A stretch of 64,000 bases of DNA, taken from NCBI GenBank assembly GCA_963663295.2, contig CAXXLA010000005.1, positions 792,840 through 856,839 on the forward strand, given 5' to 3'. Shown piece by piece: positions 17,874-27,349 of this stretch. The stretch's first letter is position 1; each line of letters opens with the position of its first letter. The stretch comes from Smithellaceae bacterium. Lineage in GTDB: Bacteria > Desulfobacterota > Syntrophia > Syntrophales > Smithellaceae. A program made the translations under genes and the position numbers. The notes beneath the pieces are model-generated. The model ran no database searches and had not been told where the DNA came from. It saw nothing but the letters and a program-made list of their open reading frames with translations.

Positions 17874-17903
17874 GGCAGTATCTTTTTACATCCCGATTGG
17901 AAT

Positions 17904-18527
17904 CTAATAAAATTTAAATATAGCCGGCAAGACATGTAATTCATGCAGTGACTCCAGGATTTCCATTATACCCAGCAGCCAGATAAACCAGAGGGCATCA
18001 AACATGTGTTTTCTAAAGACAATCGGTTTTACAATGTATTCTTCAGGCTCCTTAAAATTTGATAACTTCGGAAAAAATCGCGGCACGTTCTGAAAATATG
18101 TTTTGAATTTATCGTCATGAATTTTACTCAGTTCGGCTTCCTCGCTTTTTATAACAAACGGATAATACGTCGTGAATATCAGAAAAAGAACAACCGGCAT
18201 TGTCATTGTCTCTGAAGCAAAACCGACTCCGACAGCTCCGATAAGACTAAAGAAATAGAGAGGGTTCCTGCACAGGGAATATGGCCCTTCCGTAACCAGA
18301 GAATCCGTTTTATACCCGGCAATATAAAGTGAGCACCATAAGCGTCCCAGAGATGCAATGCCAACCAGAATGCAGCCGATCATAAACAAAATTGCACTAA
18401 AAAAAGGGGCTTCAGTATCCCACGCGCTATCAGAAATAATTATTACAATAACCAGCGCAGCAACAAATATCCGACTAATTTCGATTCTAAATTTTTCAAT
18501 CATTAAAATTCCTTTCTTTATATGCAA
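17904..18527 (-). CDS. ICMT/PEMT-family membrane methyltransferase
   Basis: Multi-TM protein with GPYSLCRNPLYFFSLIGAVGVG (RNPxY motif of isoprenylcysteine carboxyl / phospholipid methyltransferases). Confidence 0.65.
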   Translation of the reverse strand: MHIKKGILMIEKFRIEISRIFVAALVIVIIISDSAWDTEAPFFSAILFMIGCILVGIASLGRLWCSLYIAGYKTDSLVTEGPYSLCRNPLYFFSLIGAVGVGFASETMTMPVVLFLIFTTYYPFVIKSEEAELSKIHDDKFKTYFQNVPRFFPKLSNFKEPEEYIVKPIVFRKHMFDALWFIWLLGIMEILESLHELHVLPAIFKFY

Positions 18528-18562
18528 AGCTCAGCAAATTCCTGGTTCTTGAATCAGCATAA

Positions 18563-20629
18563 TTATATGTGGGCATGATGTATTTTTCTGTTTTCATTTA
18601 GAAGCTTCTCTTTAATAGCATCGTTTCCCTGTTTTATGTATTGATTAAATTCCTCGGTTGTCAAAGCACGATAGAGTCCATGTTTGTAAAGATAGCTCGC
18701 TACCTGGTAATGGCTGATGGTTTCGATCCAGGAATCCTCTTCCAGTGGTGCTGTTTTTACTATCCCGGTAACGAAATCGTATTGATAGGAAACGGTTTGG
18801 TGAACAGGCTTCAGGACTACAAACTTTCCTTCCTCTATGTGTCCAAGCATTTGATAGTTGCCGATGAGGGCATGCCCCTCCTCCGGATCAATATGGAGAA
18901 CATCATGACCAAAAAATCGACTCGGATAACTCCAATTAAGAAGACCAAGTAATGTGGGCGCAAAGTCCATCTGACTGGTGATTGTTTTTACATGTCCGGC
19001 GGGAAGCTGACCTCCGGGGGAATAGATTATTAAAGGAATATGGTAATTTTCCACAGGCAATTCGGTCTTGCCCGCACTGGATGCGCAGTGATCGGCAACA
19101 ATTACGAAGACGGTATTTTTAAACCATGGTTTTTTCTCTGCATCCCGGAGAAATTTTCCTATTGCATAGTCGGAATATTTGATACCACCGCGGCGTTCTG
19201 AAATCTTCGATGGTAAATCGATCCTTCCATCAGGAAATGTGAAGGGACGATGATTTGATGTAGTCATGACGAAAAAATGAAAAGGTTTTTTTGTGTTTTG
19301 GTATGTACTGTCGGCTTCCCGGATAGTCCAGCCATAAAGATCTTCGTCGCAAGCTCCCCAGGCATTGGCAAAGGTTACGTCGTCACGACTTACACTGTTG
19401 CGATCGATCACCCGATAACCGTTATTTCCGAAAAAATAATTCATATTATCGAAATAACCATAACCACCATAGATAAAAGCAGTTTCATACCCTTTCGCCC
19501 TGAAAAGGGAACCCAGTGTGAATAAACCTTCATTGTTGGGACGTTTCACGAGGGAACGTCCCGGAGTAGGGGGTATCGACAGAGTAAGCGCTTCCATGCC
19601 CCGGTCGGTACGCGTTCCGGTTGCATAGAAATTATCGAAAACAAGGCTCTTAGATTCCAATTCCGATAAGATTGGCGTCAAGCCTTTATATTTTGCCGTA
19701 TCATGAAGGAATTCATAGCTCAGGCTTTCCACCGTAATTTGAATGACATTAAGTTTCAACTCCGGCCCGTCGTGATGGTAAAATCTCAAAGTGTCTCTTG
19801 CATTAGGTTTCAAAAGAATGGAACCGTCTTCCACAACTTCCGCCTTCATCCTCTGGAATGTCTTATCATCCGGCATAGTGGGGAAAAATTGATTGAAATC
19901 CAGTTCATTATCTTTGAATGCGGCGAAGAGAGACCAGATACCGTTTTTACTCAGTTCCCGGTTATAGTTATTTTTAAATTCCGGGAGCCAACCCTGATTG
20001 ATGATTAAGCCCATAGAGATAACGCCGATGCACCAGACGGCACCGGCTTTATATCGTGCGTCAGATTTCTCTGATGCCGTCGAAAACCAGAATCTCGGGA
20101 AACCCGTCTTCCAAAAAATTACTTGGACAACAAACGATAAAATGGCTATCAAACTGAGAAGCAAAGGAATGGGATATGATTCGATGATGTTGTTGACGAC
20201 CTCGTGGGTATACACCAAATAATCAACCGCAATGAAGTTATAGCGGGCGCCAAATTCATCCCAGAAGACCCACTCCCCTACCGCCGCAAACAGCAATAGA
20301 AATGTTGATAAAAAGGCAAAAATATTTGCTGCATAGCGACCCCACGGGCGTTCGAAAAAACGTTCCGGCAGTATTGTTAAAATAATAATGCTGGGGAGAG
20401 CAAACCAGCAGGCAGCACCTATATCATAAAGAATCCCCCAGCCAAACGCCGCCGGAAGGCTTAAGTCCCAGGAGACAAACCGTGCCGCCTTGATAACCAA
20501 GGCAATTCTTGTAGTAAACGCAACCCCCAGAAATAAAATAAATAGCGGTACAATTACTCCATGTCTCGATCGTAGCCAATCAGGCTGATGAAAAGGATTT
20601 TTTTTTAAAGTGCCGGCCATTTTATACAT
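18563..20629 (-). CDS. LTA synthase / phosphoglycerol-transferase-family sulfatase-domain membrane protein
   Basis: N-terminal multi-TM region plus alkaline-phosphatase-superfamily domain (TTSNHRPFTFP, VIVADHC). Confidence 0.75.
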   Translation of the reverse strand: MYKMAGTLKKNPFHQPDWLRSRHGVIVPLFILFLGVAFTTRIALVIKAARFVSWDLSLPAAFGWGILYDIGAACWFALPSIIILTILPERFFERPWGRYAANIFAFLSTFLLLFAAVGEWVFWDEFGARYNFIAVDYLVYTHEVVNNIIESYPIPLLLSLIAILSFVVQVIFWKTGFPRFWFSTASEKSDARYKAGAVWCIGVISMGLIINQGWLPEFKNNYNRELSKNGIWSLFAAFKDNELDFNQFFPTMPDDKTFQRMKAEVVEDGSILLKPNARDTLRFYHHDGPELKLNVIQITVESLSYEFLHDTAKYKGLTPILSELESKSLVFDNFYATGTRTDRGMEALTLSIPPTPGRSLVKRPNNEGLFTLGSLFRAKGYETAFIYGGYGYFDNMNYFFGNNGYRVIDRNSVSRDDVTFANAWGACDEDLYGWTIREADSTYQNTKKPFHFFVMTTSNHRPFTFPDGRIDLPSKISERRGGIKYSDYAIGKFLRDAEKKPWFKNTVFVIVADHCASSAGKTELPVENYHIPLIIYSPGGQLPAGHVKTITSQMDFAPTLLGLLNWSYPSRFFGHDVLHIDPEEGHALIGNYQMLGHIEEGKFVVLKPVHQTVSYQYDFVTGIVKTAPLEEDSWIETISHYQVASYLYKHGLYRALTTEEFNQYIKQGNDAIKEKLLNENRKIHHAHI

Positions 20630-20945
20630 ACCTATTGAATTTTTTAGAAATATTTATGAGTGTTTGAAAAATATGTTGGTGCGGCATGTTCTTTCCCTAT
20701 GGCATAAATCAATCGTGGTTCTTTAAGCATGATTAATGCCAACATTTATGTATTTTGCAACATGTTGATTGTACAGGCGAAAATGTCTTTCGGATTCCTG
20801 ATTGTGGTATATGGAAGGCAAGATATGTCGAAACTGCTGTATTAAAACTGAATAATTCTCATTATTACGACAACTTAATAGTTAACAACAAATTTGTGTT
20901 AAATTCGACATTTTTGTCGGATTTCCATAAATTAGCATTACACCA

Positions 20946-21295
20946 TTAATCTGATCTGTGAAGATGACCAGTCATCTTTTTTTGCGGCAATCCAAGGACC
21001 AGCAAACGTGCTGATATAAGCGACAGGCTTGCTCCAAACGTGAAAGGTACCACGGAACGAATATACTCCAGAGAAATCCGGCTATTATACTGGCAGGGAG
21101 GAGTGCAATTCCCACAATTGTTGATTGAAGACCAAGCATGGTTCCTTTTAATTCTTTTGGTGCGATTTCAGAAACAAAGGCGCGTTCTACATAACCGTCA
21201 TTGCGGTGAAGATTCCATATAACGCAAATGCGGCGACTATGACCGGCTTATTCGGAGCCCAGGCAAAGCCGGCATATACAAGTGCAAAAATAAAG
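20946..21295 (-). pseudogene. MFS transporter remnant (C-terminal about 115 aa only, at least one and probably two frameshifts)
   Basis: The minus-strand reading switches frame: ...VYAGFAWAPNKPVIVAAFALYGIFTAMT, then YVERAFVSEIAPKELKGTMLGLQSTIVGIALLPASIIAGFLWSIF, then VPFTFGASLSLISARLLVLGLPQKK. No N-terminal half lies upstream. Confidence 0.5.
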
Positions 21296-21489
21296 TGCAT
21301 TTTTCATAAAACGACTTTAGAAGGTACTTTAAAGGCTGAAATATTGCAAAACGGAGAAATAGAATCAAATTCCGAAACAACATAACCTGTGGAAGTAATT
21401 GCTTTAGGTAAGATCCCGGAACTGTTTGATTAAAAAGACGAAGCTCCCCTCTGAAAGCGGGGCGTTTATTCATGCCGGTTTCTGTAATC

Positions 21490-21684
21490 CTATCCCTTAG
21501 CGTTATTTTCCAGTTTATTTGCTTCTTCTGGTTTTTGCTCTGATTCATTCATGGATTTTTTAAAGCCTCGAAGTGCTTTACCTATCGCACTGCCCATTTC
21601 CGGCAGTTTGCCCGGGCCGAAAATAATCAACACGACAGCAAGAATAATCAGCAAATGCATTGGTTGCAATAGTCCTCTAAACAT
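21490..21684 (-). CDS. tatA: twin-arginine translocase subunit TatA/E
   Basis: HLLIILAVVLIIFGPGKLPEMGSAIGKALRGFKKS is the canonical TatA pattern. Confidence 0.9.
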   Translation of the reverse strand: MFRGLLQPMHLLIILAVVLIIFGPGKLPEMGSAIGKALRGFKKSMNESEQKPEEANKLENNAKG

Positions 21685-21858
21685 TAGTCAATATCCTTTT
21701 TTTTGTGAAAGCCTAGCTTATTTCACTTTACACGTCAAACCTAATTATCTCAGAGTAAGCAATCAACGGCCTGTTGCCCAAATGGTGATACTTTGAAACG
21801 GCCACAGTTACTTAGCATTATAGAGCCCTCTTTCGGCTTGTGTTTCTGGCTGCTATTT

Positions 21859-22356
21859 TTATTGCCCCATATCCTGATATCTCTTAACATTGTCCGTATC
21901 TGAAGGGGGATAGATCACTACTTTTTTATCTTCCTTTATTTTTATGGCAATGATGAGACCAAGCATGGAATACCATTCACCTATTTTATTACCATTGTTA
22001 TCTAAGATATCAAAACCAACCGGACTCTGTCTGCAGCAATCCCTCAACCTCATTTGCATATGTGAAACAAGATCCGACATCACTTCTTTTTTCTGGTCTA
22101 TTTTTTTCCACAGATTCTCGTCACTATCTATGATGTAATCTTTTTTCAGTCCGAAAATCGCAACAGGATAAACATCAGATCCACTCAGAAAATAGTTATA
22201 ATCATTATTGACAATAAATTTTTCAAAGTTGTCTGTTGCAGTAATGCTCGATTGAAAGCTGCCATAATTTTTAAACAGCGCTCCTGTGCAACCCACAACC
22301 ACCCCAATTAACGCGATGTTTAACATACAGGCAAAAATCATTTTGTATTTACGCAT
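21859..22356 (-). CDS. hypothetical lipoprotein
   Basis: Signal peptide with lipobox (IALIGVVVGC). No other motif. Confidence 0.55.
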   Translation of the reverse strand: MRKYKMIFACMLNIALIGVVVGCTGALFKNYGSFQSSITATDNFEKFIVNNDYNYFLSGSDVYPVAIFGLKKDYIIDSDENLWKKIDQKKEVMSDLVSHMQMRLRDCCRQSPVGFDILDNNGNKIGEWYSMLGLIIAIKIKEDKKVVIYPPSDTDNVKRYQDMGQ

Positions 22357-22469
22357 ATGAAAACTCCTTAAATTGTGTTTTTGCTACTTGAAAGGTTTAC
22401 CAATTTCAACTTGAATGCATTCACTTTATCCGGCAATCCATTCTAAATAAATTTTGTTTGAGACACTCG

Positions 22470-23810
22470 TCAAAAGTAATACTTCCATTCGGCAAAAATG
22501 ATCGTCGGATACGTTCCGAATTCACTTTTGATATCAGCTGTTGTGCCGCTGCTGATTTCCGGCTGTTGACCAAAATTAAGTGTTGCTCCAATGATCAGGT
22601 CCATCTCGTTGGAAAGGGAAATAGTTACCAGAGGCTGCAATTGTAAGGAGCCGTCCGACAGCGAAACAATAGAGCCCATCTCTCCGACTACCAGGGGAGA
22701 GAATTCATACCGCGCAACCAACCCGGCAAGATGCCTGCTCATTTGGAGGCTTGAACCGTAGCTCATGCGCACCAGGGCTGCATTCAGGTCATGGGGATCT
22801 CCGGCGCCATTATAGAAATACTCGAAATCCAGACTGAGACTGTTTTCGAAGCGGTGTCCCAATCCGATCACCCATTGAAAATTATCCTCAATGAGGTCTC
22901 CTTGCAGCGGTGGAGGCAGAGGATCACTCGACAACGCCATAAATTGGACAAGCTCGCTTCTGACCTGCACCGGCCCCATGTCGCCGACAATTCCCGCACC
23001 AACCTGCCAGCCTCCGAATACTTTACCCCCCTGTAATGAGATGTCCCATCCTCCCACGTCGGCAAAGAATCTTCCCATTAAGGCCGAACCGTACCATGAT
23101 GCATCACGGGGATCGTTGCCGACGCCCGTGTCTGTCCCGATTTTAACCTTCGGGCCGGCGGCACCGACAACGGTAAATCCCGAATACAGGCCAAGGGGAA
23201 TATCCATCTTGACGGCATCGACGCCGGGTTTATAATCCCTGTCGAACTGGCTTGCGCCCAAGGGATAAAAAACATCCAGGGGATTCCAGAAGTACGTCTT
23301 GCCGAACGTTATCGCCTGGCGGCCAATCGTCACATCCCCCCAGCCGAATGAAGTTTTGGCGTTGAATCGATCAAAGGCAATAGTAGCAGAGCTCTTATCC
23401 CTATCCAGGACATCCCAACTCGCATCCAGCATCCGGTAACGATAGACATGATCCGTGCTTGTGTTGTTGTAACCGGAAAGTCCTCCCCCGGCTATTTTCT
23501 CTGTGGACAGTGTAAGGCTATGCACTAAATGGATTTCATAGGAAAGTGATTCAGAGGGCTTACCGGCGGCCGTCAGACGGGCAATCGTTTGTGACAAAAC
23601 ATCGAAATTGTTTTTCCCCGCAAATGGAAGCGCTTCATCCTGGTCAAGCAGAAAAAAGAGGGTGCGGATACTGCCGTTCAAACCGAATGCTTTCTCCGTA
23701 TCTCCGGCAAAGGCAGAGGCTTCCCGGCAGTGGAAAATACTTCCCGAAACGAAAAAGAAAATCAGCAGTCCGATTATGGTCAGTTTGATTTTACCTCTCA
23801 TTTTGTCCAT
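22470..23810 (-). CDS. outer-membrane beta-barrel protein (porin-like), last gene of the ABC cluster
   Basis: Start moved to MDKMRGKIKL, preceded by GGAGGAAG. Signal peptide. Alternating-hydrophobic beta-strand pattern. C-terminal aromatic AEWKYYF. Confidence 0.65.
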   Translation of the reverse strand: MDKMRGKIKLTIIGLLIFFFVSGSIFHCREASAFAGDTEKAFGLNGSIRTLFFLLDQDEALPFAGKNNFDVLSQTIARLTAAGKPSESLSYEIHLVHSLTLSTEKIAGGGLSGYNNTSTDHVYRYRMLDASWDVLDRDKSSATIAFDRFNAKTSFGWGDVTIGRQAITFGKTYFWNPLDVFYPLGASQFDRDYKPGVDAVKMDIPLGLYSGFTVVGAAGPKVKIGTDTGVGNDPRDASWYGSALMGRFFADVGGWDISLQGGKVFGGWQVGAGIVGDMGPVQVRSELVQFMALSSDPLPPPLQGDLIEDNFQWVIGLGHRFENSLSLDFEYFYNGAGDPHDLNAALVRMSYGSSLQMSRHLAGLVARYEFSPLVVGEMGSIVSLSDGSLQLQPLVTISLSNEMDLIIGATLNFGQQPEISSGTTADIKSEFGTYPTIIFAEWKYYF

Positions 23811-23836
23811 GCACCCGGCTTCCTCCGTGAAGTTGT

Positions 23837-23962
23837 TATTCCATCTCCAAATCAAGCGCTCCCTTTGTTGGCGTCGTCGTCGGCTTCCTCAACGTATCTA
23901 TAATACGCTTCGTCGCCTCCTCCCAGCCGCCGCGGTAGCATCATTGATGGGAAATGGAATAA
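23837..23962 (+). repeat. R2 structured repeat, copy a (short form)
   Basis: TTATTCCATCTCCAAATCAA...TCATTGATGGGAAATGGAATAA inverted termini. The core GTCGTCGGCTTCCTCAACG.ATNTATAATACGC is shared with copies b, c and d. It abuts the stop codon of the ABC ATPase gene. Confidence 0.8.
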
Positions 23963-24661
23963 CTAGCTGTGCCCGGTCTGCAGATTATCCTCGACAATGC
24001 GGCCGTCCTGCAACCTGATGAGCCTTCCGGCGCGCTTCATAACCGCCTGATCGTGAGTGGAAAAAAGAAACGTCACGCCTTTTTCTTCATTCAGCCGGCG
24101 CAGCAGATCCATAAGCGAACTTGCCGTTTCGGAATCGACATTGGCCGTCGGTTCATCGGCCAGAATGAGGGCCGGCTCCGGCGCAATCGCCCGGGCAATG
24201 GCCACGCGCTGCTGCTGCCCGCCGGAAAGTTCTCGGGGAAAGCGGTGTTCCAGTCCTTCCAGCCCCACCTCCTTCAGGACCCGCAGGACTTTTTCCCGGC
24301 GCTCTTCCTTCTCCATGTTTTGAATCATCAGCACATATTCGGCATTTTCCAGGGCAGTCAAAACAGGGATCAAATTATAACTCTGAAAGATAAATCCGAT
24401 GCGATCCCGTCTCAGCCGACTCAACTGTCCCTCGGAAAGCTGATGAATCTCCTTTCCTTCAATGCTGACGGTTCCCGATGTCGGTCGGTCCAGTCCTCCG
24501 ATGATATTGAGCAGAGTTGTCTTTCCGGAACCGGACGGTCCGGCCATCGATGTAAATTCCCCGGCCATCAGGTCAAGATCAATACCACGGAGCGCCCGGG
24601 TGATGATACCTTCTTCACCGAAATCTTTTGTTACGCTTTTTACCTCAACGATTTTTACCAA
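23963..24661 (-). CDS. ABC transporter ATP-binding protein (LolD/MacB/FtsE-like)
   Basis: Walker A GPSGSGKTT, signature LSGGQQQRVAIARA, Walker B ILADEPT. Confidence 0.9.
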   Translation of the reverse strand: MVKIVEVKSVTKDFGEEGIITRALRGIDLDLMAGEFTSMAGPSGSGKTTLLNIIGGLDRPTSGTVSIEGKEIHQLSEGQLSRLRRDRIGFIFQSYNLIPVLTALENAEYVLMIQNMEKEERREKVLRVLKEVGLEGLEHRFPRELSGGQQQRVAIARAIAPEPALILADEPTANVDSETASSLMDLLRRLNEEKGVTFLFSTHDQAVMKRAGRLIRLQDGRIVEDNLQTGHS

Positions 24662-24670
24662 CTGGTCCTC

Positions 24671-25897
24671 CTATCTGAGTGTTTCCGCCAGCCGTACCTT
24701 TGTTATCCGCCGCATGATCAGCAGACTTAAAAGAAGCATGGCTCCGAGAACGATTCCGCCCGTCCATAAAAACACGGGAGGAGTCACGAGCGCATGAACC
24801 GTAGTCGATATGGCAAAACCGGAAATAGTGACTCCTTCGGGCATGAGAAAGGCCAGGTCCAATCCCCAGATCTGGAGGGCCAAAGCAGCCGCACCACCCA
24901 GTGTCAGGCCCACAAAACATCCCAGACAGCCAATGAAAACCGATTCCAGAAAAAGCTGTCCCTTTAATTTTCTTGCAGGAGTTCCCAGAGCAAGAAGCAC
25001 GGCAAACTCCCGTTCCCGTTCCATAACGGACATGAGCAATGTATTCATGATTGTAAAAAGGATGATCACAAACAAGAGCCCCTGAAAGACCCAGTTGGAA
25101 ACGCGGTCTATTCGAATGTAGGATGCCACTTCCGGCAGAACTTGCTGCCAGGGCAGCACAGCGATGTTTTTGCCGCTTACCATGCGTTTGATATCTTTCA
25201 TCACGATCTGCTGGTCTCCCGGCCGTTTCAGAATGACGCCCAGCTGAGTTGCTTCATCGGCCTGTAGTCCGAAGACCCGTTGGGCAAACTTAAGGGGAAT
25301 CTGAAGGAAGTATCCGTCGATTTCATCTGAGCCGGTACGGAAAATGCCCTTGACCCGGCATAGCTCCTCCACAAGCTCCCCCCGGGCATTGTTGGTGGTG
25401 ATCACGATTTTGTTGCCCAGTCCCAATTTCAGTTCCTTGGCCAGGTGCTCTCCCAGCACAACCTTCCGGTCATCATTCTCGGCCAGATACGAGCCGGCCA
25501 CAATATCCCGTGCGAGCGGCGAGTTTTTAATTTCAACCGCCGGTTCCACCCCCATGATCGACACACCAACGGCGCCGGCGCCCGAATTGGCCACTCCCTG
25601 CCCCCAGATAAGCAGTTTCGTTTCCTCCACCGCTTCGATCTTTTTAATATATTTTCTGACGCTTTCGACGTCACCGATACGCAAGTCAATGGCGGGCGCC
25701 GTCTGGTAGTCCGGGTTTTCCAGAGTAATGTGGCCTGCCTGCATTCGAACACCTTCGTTGACGATCTGCTCATAAACACCTTCCGCCATGGCAATAAAAA
25801 AAATGGCTATAACCAGCCCCAGAGCAATGGACGCAGCGGTAATCAGAGTCCGTCGCCTGTTACGCCATATTGACCGCCATGCCACGCGAAATATCAT
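24671..25897 (-). CDS. ABC transporter permease, FtsX/LolC/E-like (MacB-type periplasmic domain)
   Basis: N-terminal TM, large periplasmic domain, C-terminal FtsX-type 3-TM bundle. 408 aa. Confidence 0.8.
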   Translation of the reverse strand: MIFRVAWRSIWRNRRRTLITAASIALGLVIAIFFIAMAEGVYEQIVNEGVRMQAGHITLENPDYQTAPAIDLRIGDVESVRKYIKKIEAVEETKLLIWGQGVANSGAGAVGVSIMGVEPAVEIKNSPLARDIVAGSYLAENDDRKVVLGEHLAKELKLGLGNKIVITTNNARGELVEELCRVKGIFRTGSDEIDGYFLQIPLKFAQRVFGLQADEATQLGVILKRPGDQQIVMKDIKRMVSGKNIAVLPWQQVLPEVASYIRIDRVSNWVFQGLLFVIILFTIMNTLLMSVMEREREFAVLLALGTPARKLKGQLFLESVFIGCLGCFVGLTLGGAAALALQIWGLDLAFLMPEGVTISGFAISTTVHALVTPPVFLWTGGIVLGAMLLLSLLIMRRITKVRLAETLR

Positions 25898-25947
25898 AGT
25901 TTTACACTCTTTCCGATGAGGTTATGTATAATAATTGCTTGTAATTG

Positions 25948-26028
25948 TCATTCCGAACGTATGTGAGGAATCTTGAAGATCCCTCACATACATTCGGGAC
26001 ATGGATTTCTCGCTGCGCTTCGAAATGA
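25948..26028. repeat. nested palindromic intergenic element between the two permease genes
   Basis: TCATTCCGAACGTATGTGAGGAATC / GATCCCTCACATACATTCGGGAC form a stem of about 20 bp. A third diverged arm, GATTTCTCGCTGCGCTTCGAAATGA, follows. Confidence 0.7.
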
Positions 26029-26056
26029 TATAATAAAATGAATTACCACTCAGTAT

Positions 26057-27274
26057 CTATACCCGATGCATGCTCTTCACAGGATCCAGCCTGGCGGACA
26101 TAGCCGCCGGATACAATGCCGCAAGGACGCAAACAATCCACATGATGACCACCGGCGCAACGACGGCCTCAATGCTTAAAGCAGCACGCCATACGGGATC
26201 GAAAACGACACCGGCGATGGTTGTCTCGCCTGCCAGAGCCGAGGTATCCAGGCCATACTTCTGCAGCGCTAAAGTTGCGGCTACTCCCAGAATAACGGCA
26301 AAAACAGTGGATACGGCGGCCATCAGCCAGGCTTCAAACGCCACATCCCGGACAATGCGCCAGGGCGAAGTGCCCAGGGCTTTGAGCAGGCCGAATTCAT
26401 GAGAGCGCTCATAAGTCGTCATAAGCATGGTGTTCATGACTCCGAGTCCGGCAGCAGCAAAGAAAATCGCCCCGAAAAGAGACATGCTCGCGCTGGAAAG
26501 CTGCAGCATGTCGGAGAGAGCCGGCAGAAGCTGCCGCCACGTTTTGACTTCCGCGTCGGGAACGAGCCGCGCCAGAATTGTAGTCAGCATCTCGAGGGGA
26601 ATACGCCCCCCAGTATTAACGGCAATTTCATGGAGGCCGGACGGCAGGGCAAAGAGTTGCCGGTAATCGTCAAGATGAATAATGGCGGCATTGCGGTCAA
26701 TACCTTCGCCGACTGACTTGAGAATTCCGGTAACGGTAAAGAGCTCGTTTCCCAGTGAACCGTCGGCCGCCTGAACGAGCAGGACGATTTCTGCTCCCAG
26801 ACGGGCGTTCAGAGACCTGGCCAGCTTTTTGCCCAAAACAATGCCTTTGCGAGGATCAGGGCTTAGGAAAGAACCTTCGGCAAGATGTGCAGCAAGATCA
26901 AAAGTCACTTTTTCCCTCTCCGGATCCACCCCCCAGAAGAGAGCTCCGGCCGATTTTGTACCCCGGCTCACCAGCCCATACCCGTAAGCCCGGGGAGCGG
27001 CATTGATAGAGTGCTCCCGCAACGTACGTAAAATTGCCTGCGGATTTTCCAGCGTTTTGTATATGGAGCGATCGGAGAGATAACCCATAGCATGAATCTG
27101 CGCTTCGCCTGTCACCAGTTGGGTGGCGTTCAAAACAGTTTGACGCAACATTCCATCCATCAGGGAATAGGTGGTGATGAGGATCATGGCATTGAGTGCT
27201 ACCGCGGCCATGGTGATGGTTGTGCGACGTCGATTCCGCCACAGGTTTCGCCAGGAAATGCGAAGAAGGCCCAT
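26057..27274 (-). CDS. ABC transporter permease, FtsX/LolC/E-like (second paralog)
   Basis: Same architecture as 24671-25897. N-terminus ISWRNLWRNRRRT. Confidence 0.8.
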   Translation of the reverse strand: MGLLRISWRNLWRNRRRTTITMAAVALNAMILITTYSLMDGMLRQTVLNATQLVTGEAQIHAMGYLSDRSIYKTLENPQAILRTLREHSINAAPRAYGYGLVSRGTKSAGALFWGVDPEREKVTFDLAAHLAEGSFLSPDPRKGIVLGKKLARSLNARLGAEIVLLVQAADGSLGNELFTVTGILKSVGEGIDRNAAIIHLDDYRQLFALPSGLHEIAVNTGGRIPLEMLTTILARLVPDAEVKTWRQLLPALSDMLQLSSASMSLFGAIFFAAAGLGVMNTMLMTTYERSHEFGLLKALGTSPWRIVRDVAFEAWLMAAVSTVFAVILGVAATLALQKYGLDTSALAGETTIAGVVFDPVWRAALSIEAVVAPVVIMWIVCVLAALYPAAMSARLDPVKSMHRV

Positions 27275-27349
27275 CGGCTTACTCCTTATTTCTGCAAATT
27301 ACGGATTGAAAAGACATCGTCATTCAATGATAAGTCAAAGGTGATTTTA

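Noticed and set aside
21237-21548. 103-aa minus-strand ORF between the MFS remnant and tatA
   Set aside because: It overlaps the 3' end of tatA in another frame and runs across non-coding sequence and pseudogene sequence. I see no RBS or motif.
23969-24730. 253-aa ORF antisense to the ABC ATPase gene
   Set aside because: The opposite strand encodes perfect Walker A, signature and Walker B motifs. The antisense translation is Arg/Gln-rich with no motif.
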